Assembly (NCBI GenBank): GCA_963666985.2
Contig: CAXXIA010000001.1
Location: 960,001 to 1,024,000, forward strand
Direction: 5' to 3'
DNA: 64,000 nt
Source: Spirochaetia bacterium
GTDB lineage: Bacteria > Spirochaetota > Spirochaetia > DSM-2461
Under the pieces are notes generated by a model. It was not told the origin of the DNA and did no database searches. It saw only the letters and a list, made by a program, of their open reading frames with translations. This document shows positions 61,174 through 64,000 of this stretch, piece after piece (the stretch's first letter is position 1; every line of letters starts with the position of its first letter). The position numbers and the translations under genes were made by a program.

Positions 61174-61862
61174 TCACGCCTTCCGAAAATGTTCGTTCCG
61201 ATCCGAAGAAGCGTGCTTCCTTCCGCAACGGCCCATTTATAATCGGAACTCATTCCCATGGAAAGCACAGGCGTTTCTTTGATCCACGCGGAAACATCCT
61301 GTGCCCATTCCCTGCAGAGAGAGAAACAATCGCGGACCGTTTTTTCATCGTCGATAAAGGGAGCCATGGTCATCAGTCCCTTGAACATGAGCGACGGCAT
61401 GGAAGCGATTTCCGCGGCGGCATCGCGCAGCGCTACTTTGTCCCGGAATCCGGACTTACTTTCTTCCCCGGATGTGTTGACTTGAACGAGAATCTCCAGG
61501 GGCGAGCCGTCTTCGGGTGATTTCGATCTTTGCTCGGAAAGCTTCCGGGCGATTTTAAGCGAATCGACCGAATGGACACCCGCGACTCTGGGGCCTATCT
61601 TCGAGACTTTGTTTCCCTGTACATGACCGATGATATAAAGAGGATATTTTGTCATATCCAATCCGGAAAACTTCTCCATCGCCTCTTCGATTCGATTTTC
61701 GCCGAAGAGGGAAAGTCCGGCCTCGCCGGCCGCGATGATATCGTCGACCGGTCGGGTTTTTGAAACGGCCATGATGCCGATGTGTTCGGGGTTTCTTCCG
61801 CAGAGTGCCGCCGTGTGTTCAAAATCATCTTTAAAACGAAGCCAGTTGTCACGAATCGCCAT
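61170..61862 (-). CDS. yggS: PLP homeostasis protein YggS
   Basis: AVSKT, FGENR, QVNTSGE.SK.G, GLMTM, LSMGMS.D, RIGT.IFG. Confidence 0.95.
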   Translation of the reverse strand: MAIRDNWLRFKDDFEHTAALCGRNPEHIGIMAVSKTRPVDDIIAAGEAGLSLFGENRIEEAMEKFSGLDMTKYPLYIIGHVQGNKVSKIGPRVAGVHSVDSLKIARKLSEQRSKSPEDGSPLEILVQVNTSGEESKSGFRDKVALRDAAAEIASMPSLMFKGLMTMAPFIDDEKTVRDCFSLCREWAQDVSAWIKETPVLSMGMSSDYKWAVAEGSTLLRIGTNIFGRRE

Positions 61863-61970
61863 GAACCGATTATAGCCTTACTGTCCGATTTCGCTCCAGT
61901 GAAGTCTGCAAATAATAAAAAGTCTTGTCTCCCTTGACGGCGTCCGTGCCGATCCTATAGGGTGGCTCTT

Positions 61971-62050
61971 GAGCTTCCGGGGTGGCCCGTTGGGCCTGAG
62001 ATTACACTCGTGAACCTGATCCGGTTCGAACCGGCGTAGGAACGAGGCTC
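61971..62050 (+). ncRNA. TPP riboswitch aptamer
   Basis: GGGGTG...CTGAGA...TGAACCTGATCCGG...CCGGCGTAGGAA; upstream of thiamine transporter; TTGACG at 61934. Confidence 0.93.
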
Positions 62051-62155
62051 ATCTACAATCCCGGAACCATCCCCGGATGAAAAGCGGCCTTTTGTGAAGA
62101 TCGGCCGCTTTATCGGCCGCCCGGCGGCGGTCGAATCCGCATTAGGAGTGGTTCC

Positions 62156-63193
62156 ATGAACAGAACCTTTACCCGATCGATTTTATTTTTTTCTTTTCTT
62201 CTCTCGGCGGCGGTTTCACTGACGGCGAAAGGCACGGCGGAACAAAAAGACTCTCCGCTTATTGTTTACTGCTATGATTCCTTTTGTTCCGAATGGGGCC
62301 CCGGATCCGCAATCGCCGAAGAATTCACCAAGGCAACGGGCATTCGCGTCGAGTACCGAACGCCGGGCGACGCGGTAACCTTACTGAATCAGCTTATCCT
62401 TGAAGGCTCAAACACGGATGCCGATGTCGTGATCGGTCCGGACAACAGTCTTCTGCACAGAGTTATCCAAGCCGATATTCTTGAAGTGTATGATTCTCCC
62501 GCTCTTGCTGATGTGCCGGAAGAACTGATTTTTGATAAAAGTCACCGACTTCTTCCCTTTGATTACGGTCATTTCGCGATTTGCTACGATTCTCAAGCCC
62601 TTAAAAATCCTCCCGCGTCGCTGGAAGATCTTACCGCCTCCGAATTCTCCGATTCGCTTGTATTAATTGATCCCAGAACCTCAACGCCGGGCCTGGGGTT
62701 CCTTCTTTGGACGGTCGCCGTTTACCAAGATAACTGGCCGGATTACTGGGAGCGATTGAAGCCGTCCATCCTGACAATCTCGGAAGGATGGAGCCAGGCC
62801 TACGCTCTTTTCACCGCGGGAGAGGTTCCGCTGGTAATCAGTTACGGAACCTCCCCGGTCGTCCATGTGCTGTGGGACAATACCGATCGCTTCAAAGCCG
62901 CGGAATTTTCCGACGGCCATATAATCCAAATTGAAGGGATGGGAATCGTTCAGGGCACAAACCGGCGGGAGGACGCCGAGGCCTTTATCGACTTTATGCT
63001 TGAAGATGTTTCACAAGAAGCACTGGCCATGTCGAATATCATGCTTCCCGTAAAAACCGCGGTCGAACTTCCGGATGCTTTTTCCGCTGCGCTGCGCCCT
63101 CAAAAGACTCTTGAACTTCCGCCGGAAATTCTTGATTCGGAACAGACGGAAAAAATCATCGACCGCTGGATTGAAGTCTTCGCCAAGCAATGA
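62156..63193 (+). CDS. thiB: thiamine ABC transporter substrate-binding protein
   Basis: YDSF.SEWGPG, PFDYG, DPRTSTPG, GWS.AY..F..GE, SY.TSP, QIEG. Confidence 0.93.
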   Translation: MNRTFTRSILFFSFLLSAAVSLTAKGTAEQKDSPLIVYCYDSFCSEWGPGSAIAEEFTKATGIRVEYRTPGDAVTLLNQLILEGSNTDADVVIGPDNSLLHRVIQADILEVYDSPALADVPEELIFDKSHRLLPFDYGHFAICYDSQALKNPPASLEDLTASEFSDSLVLIDPRTSTPGLGFLLWTVAVYQDNWPDYWERLKPSILTISEGWSQAYALFTAGEVPLVISYGTSPVVHVLWDNTDRFKAAEFSDGHIIQIEGMGIVQGTNRREDAEAFIDFMLEDVSQEALAMSNIMLPVKTAVELPDAFSAALRPQKTLELPPEILDSEQTEKIIDRWIEVFAKQ

Positions 63194-64000
63194 ACGGCGG
63201 AATCCTACGAAGAATCCCTTGGTCGTTGGCGGCGCCCGCGTTCTTTTTCGCCGCGGCCTTCGCGGCTCCTCTGGTTTTCGTTGCCGTTCGTGCCGCCGGT
63301 GCCTTTCGGAACGGCGCGGAGATTCTCGGCTCACCGTATTTCCGGGGCGTTCTCGCCGTTACGGTGAAACAAGCGGTTTTAAGTACGGTTTTTTCCGTCC
63401 TTTTCGGACTGCCGGGAGCATACTTTATCGGCCGATGCCGTTTTCCCGGACGGAATCTTCTGAAATCTCTTTCCACGGTCCCTTTTGTCCTGCCGCCGGT
63501 GTTGGCGGTTCTGGGATTCATTCTCGTTTTCGGGAATTCGGGCGCCCTCAACGGATTCAGGGACCTTCTGACGAGCCAAAACGCGGAGCCTTGGAAAATT
63601 CTTTATTCGCTCAAGGCCGTCGTTATGGCCCATGTTTTCTACAATTTTCCCATTACGCTTCGTCTTGCGGGCGACGCATGGGCCTCTCTGCCGCAATCCA
63701 CCGTCCGGGCCGCCCGCTCCGCCGGGGCAAAGCCCTTTCGCGCCTTTCTCACCGTTGATCTGCCGATGCTGACACCTTCGGTCGCAACGGCCGCGGTGAT
63801 CACCTTCCTTTACTGTTTTTTAAGTTTCGCCATTGTTCTTGTCTTGGGAGGAGGACCGGAACTGACGACATTGGAGGTGGAAGTCTATCGGCTGGTGAAA
63901 TACAAATTGGATTTCGACGGAGCAAGCGCTTTGGCCGCCGTTGAAACGCTTATCGCGTCCTGTCTTCTTATCGTTTACGGACTTCTTTCCTCAAAAATAG
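63190..64000 (+). CDS. thiP: thiamine ABC transporter permease, truncated by window end
   Basis: ATGA overlap with thiB; TVKQA.LS, VPFVLP, AHVFYNFP, FLYCFLSF..VL.LGG; no stop before 64000. Confidence 0.88.
   Translation, partial: MNGGILRRIPWSLAAPAFFFAAAFAAPLVFVAVRAAGAFRNGAEILGSPYFRGVLAVTVKQAVLSTVFSVLFGLPGAYFIGRCRFPGRNLLKSLSTVPFVLPPVLAVLGFILVFGNSGALNGFRDLLTSQNAEPWKILYSLKAVVMAHVFYNFPITLRLAGDAWASLPQSTVRAARSAGAKPFRAFLTVDLPMLTPSVATAAVITFLYCFLSFAIVLVLGGGPELTTLEVEVYRLVKYKLDFDGASALAAVETLIASCLLIVYGLLSSKI

Noticed and set aside
63075..63758. 227-aa Arg-rich plus-strand ORF
   Set aside because: Off-frame overlap of thiB/thiP; the real thiP starts at 63190 and is missing from the track only because it has no stop in the window
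1..64000. Prophage, IS element, integrase, toxin-antitoxin or anti-phage defence genes
   Set aside because: No ORF shows such motifs; the TPR, MBL, DHH and HD proteins sit in ordinary housekeeping contexts

Overview
A gene-dense, mostly core-genome stretch (~50% GC, rich in CG dinucleotides) that looks like a free-living Spirochaetia chromosome. This is inferred from the TP0733-like, TP0136-like and pallilysin-related envelope proteins, a spirochaete-type LptD and the E-DUF2764-A-B-D-I-K V-ATPase. In order: an aromatic-amino-acid-type ABC transporter; rpiB; deoD; a tandem pair of DUF4349-like exported proteins; an AT-rich sugar ABC operon with two LacI-type operators; purB-guaB-purA-guaA; tRNA-Gly(TCC) followed by tRNA-linked repeats; nrnA and envelope lipoproteins; folD; htrA; map; nusB; gap-pgk-tpiA-secG; phoH-pgpH-ybeY-corC; lptD; uvrA; a Na+-type V-ATPase operon with a frameshifted subunit I; rsgA; murI; rluD; yggS; and a TPP-riboswitch thiBP operon cut by the window end. 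I see no transposase, integrase, prophage, CRISPR array or defence system. The best candidates for a second look are the paired DUF4349 module, the tRNA-3'-end repeat array, a CTG-initiated gene missed after secG, the split and compositionally mosaic V-ATPase operon with an orphan first gene, and many apparently leaderless genes. All family assignments come from recognising motifs by eye; no database searches were run.
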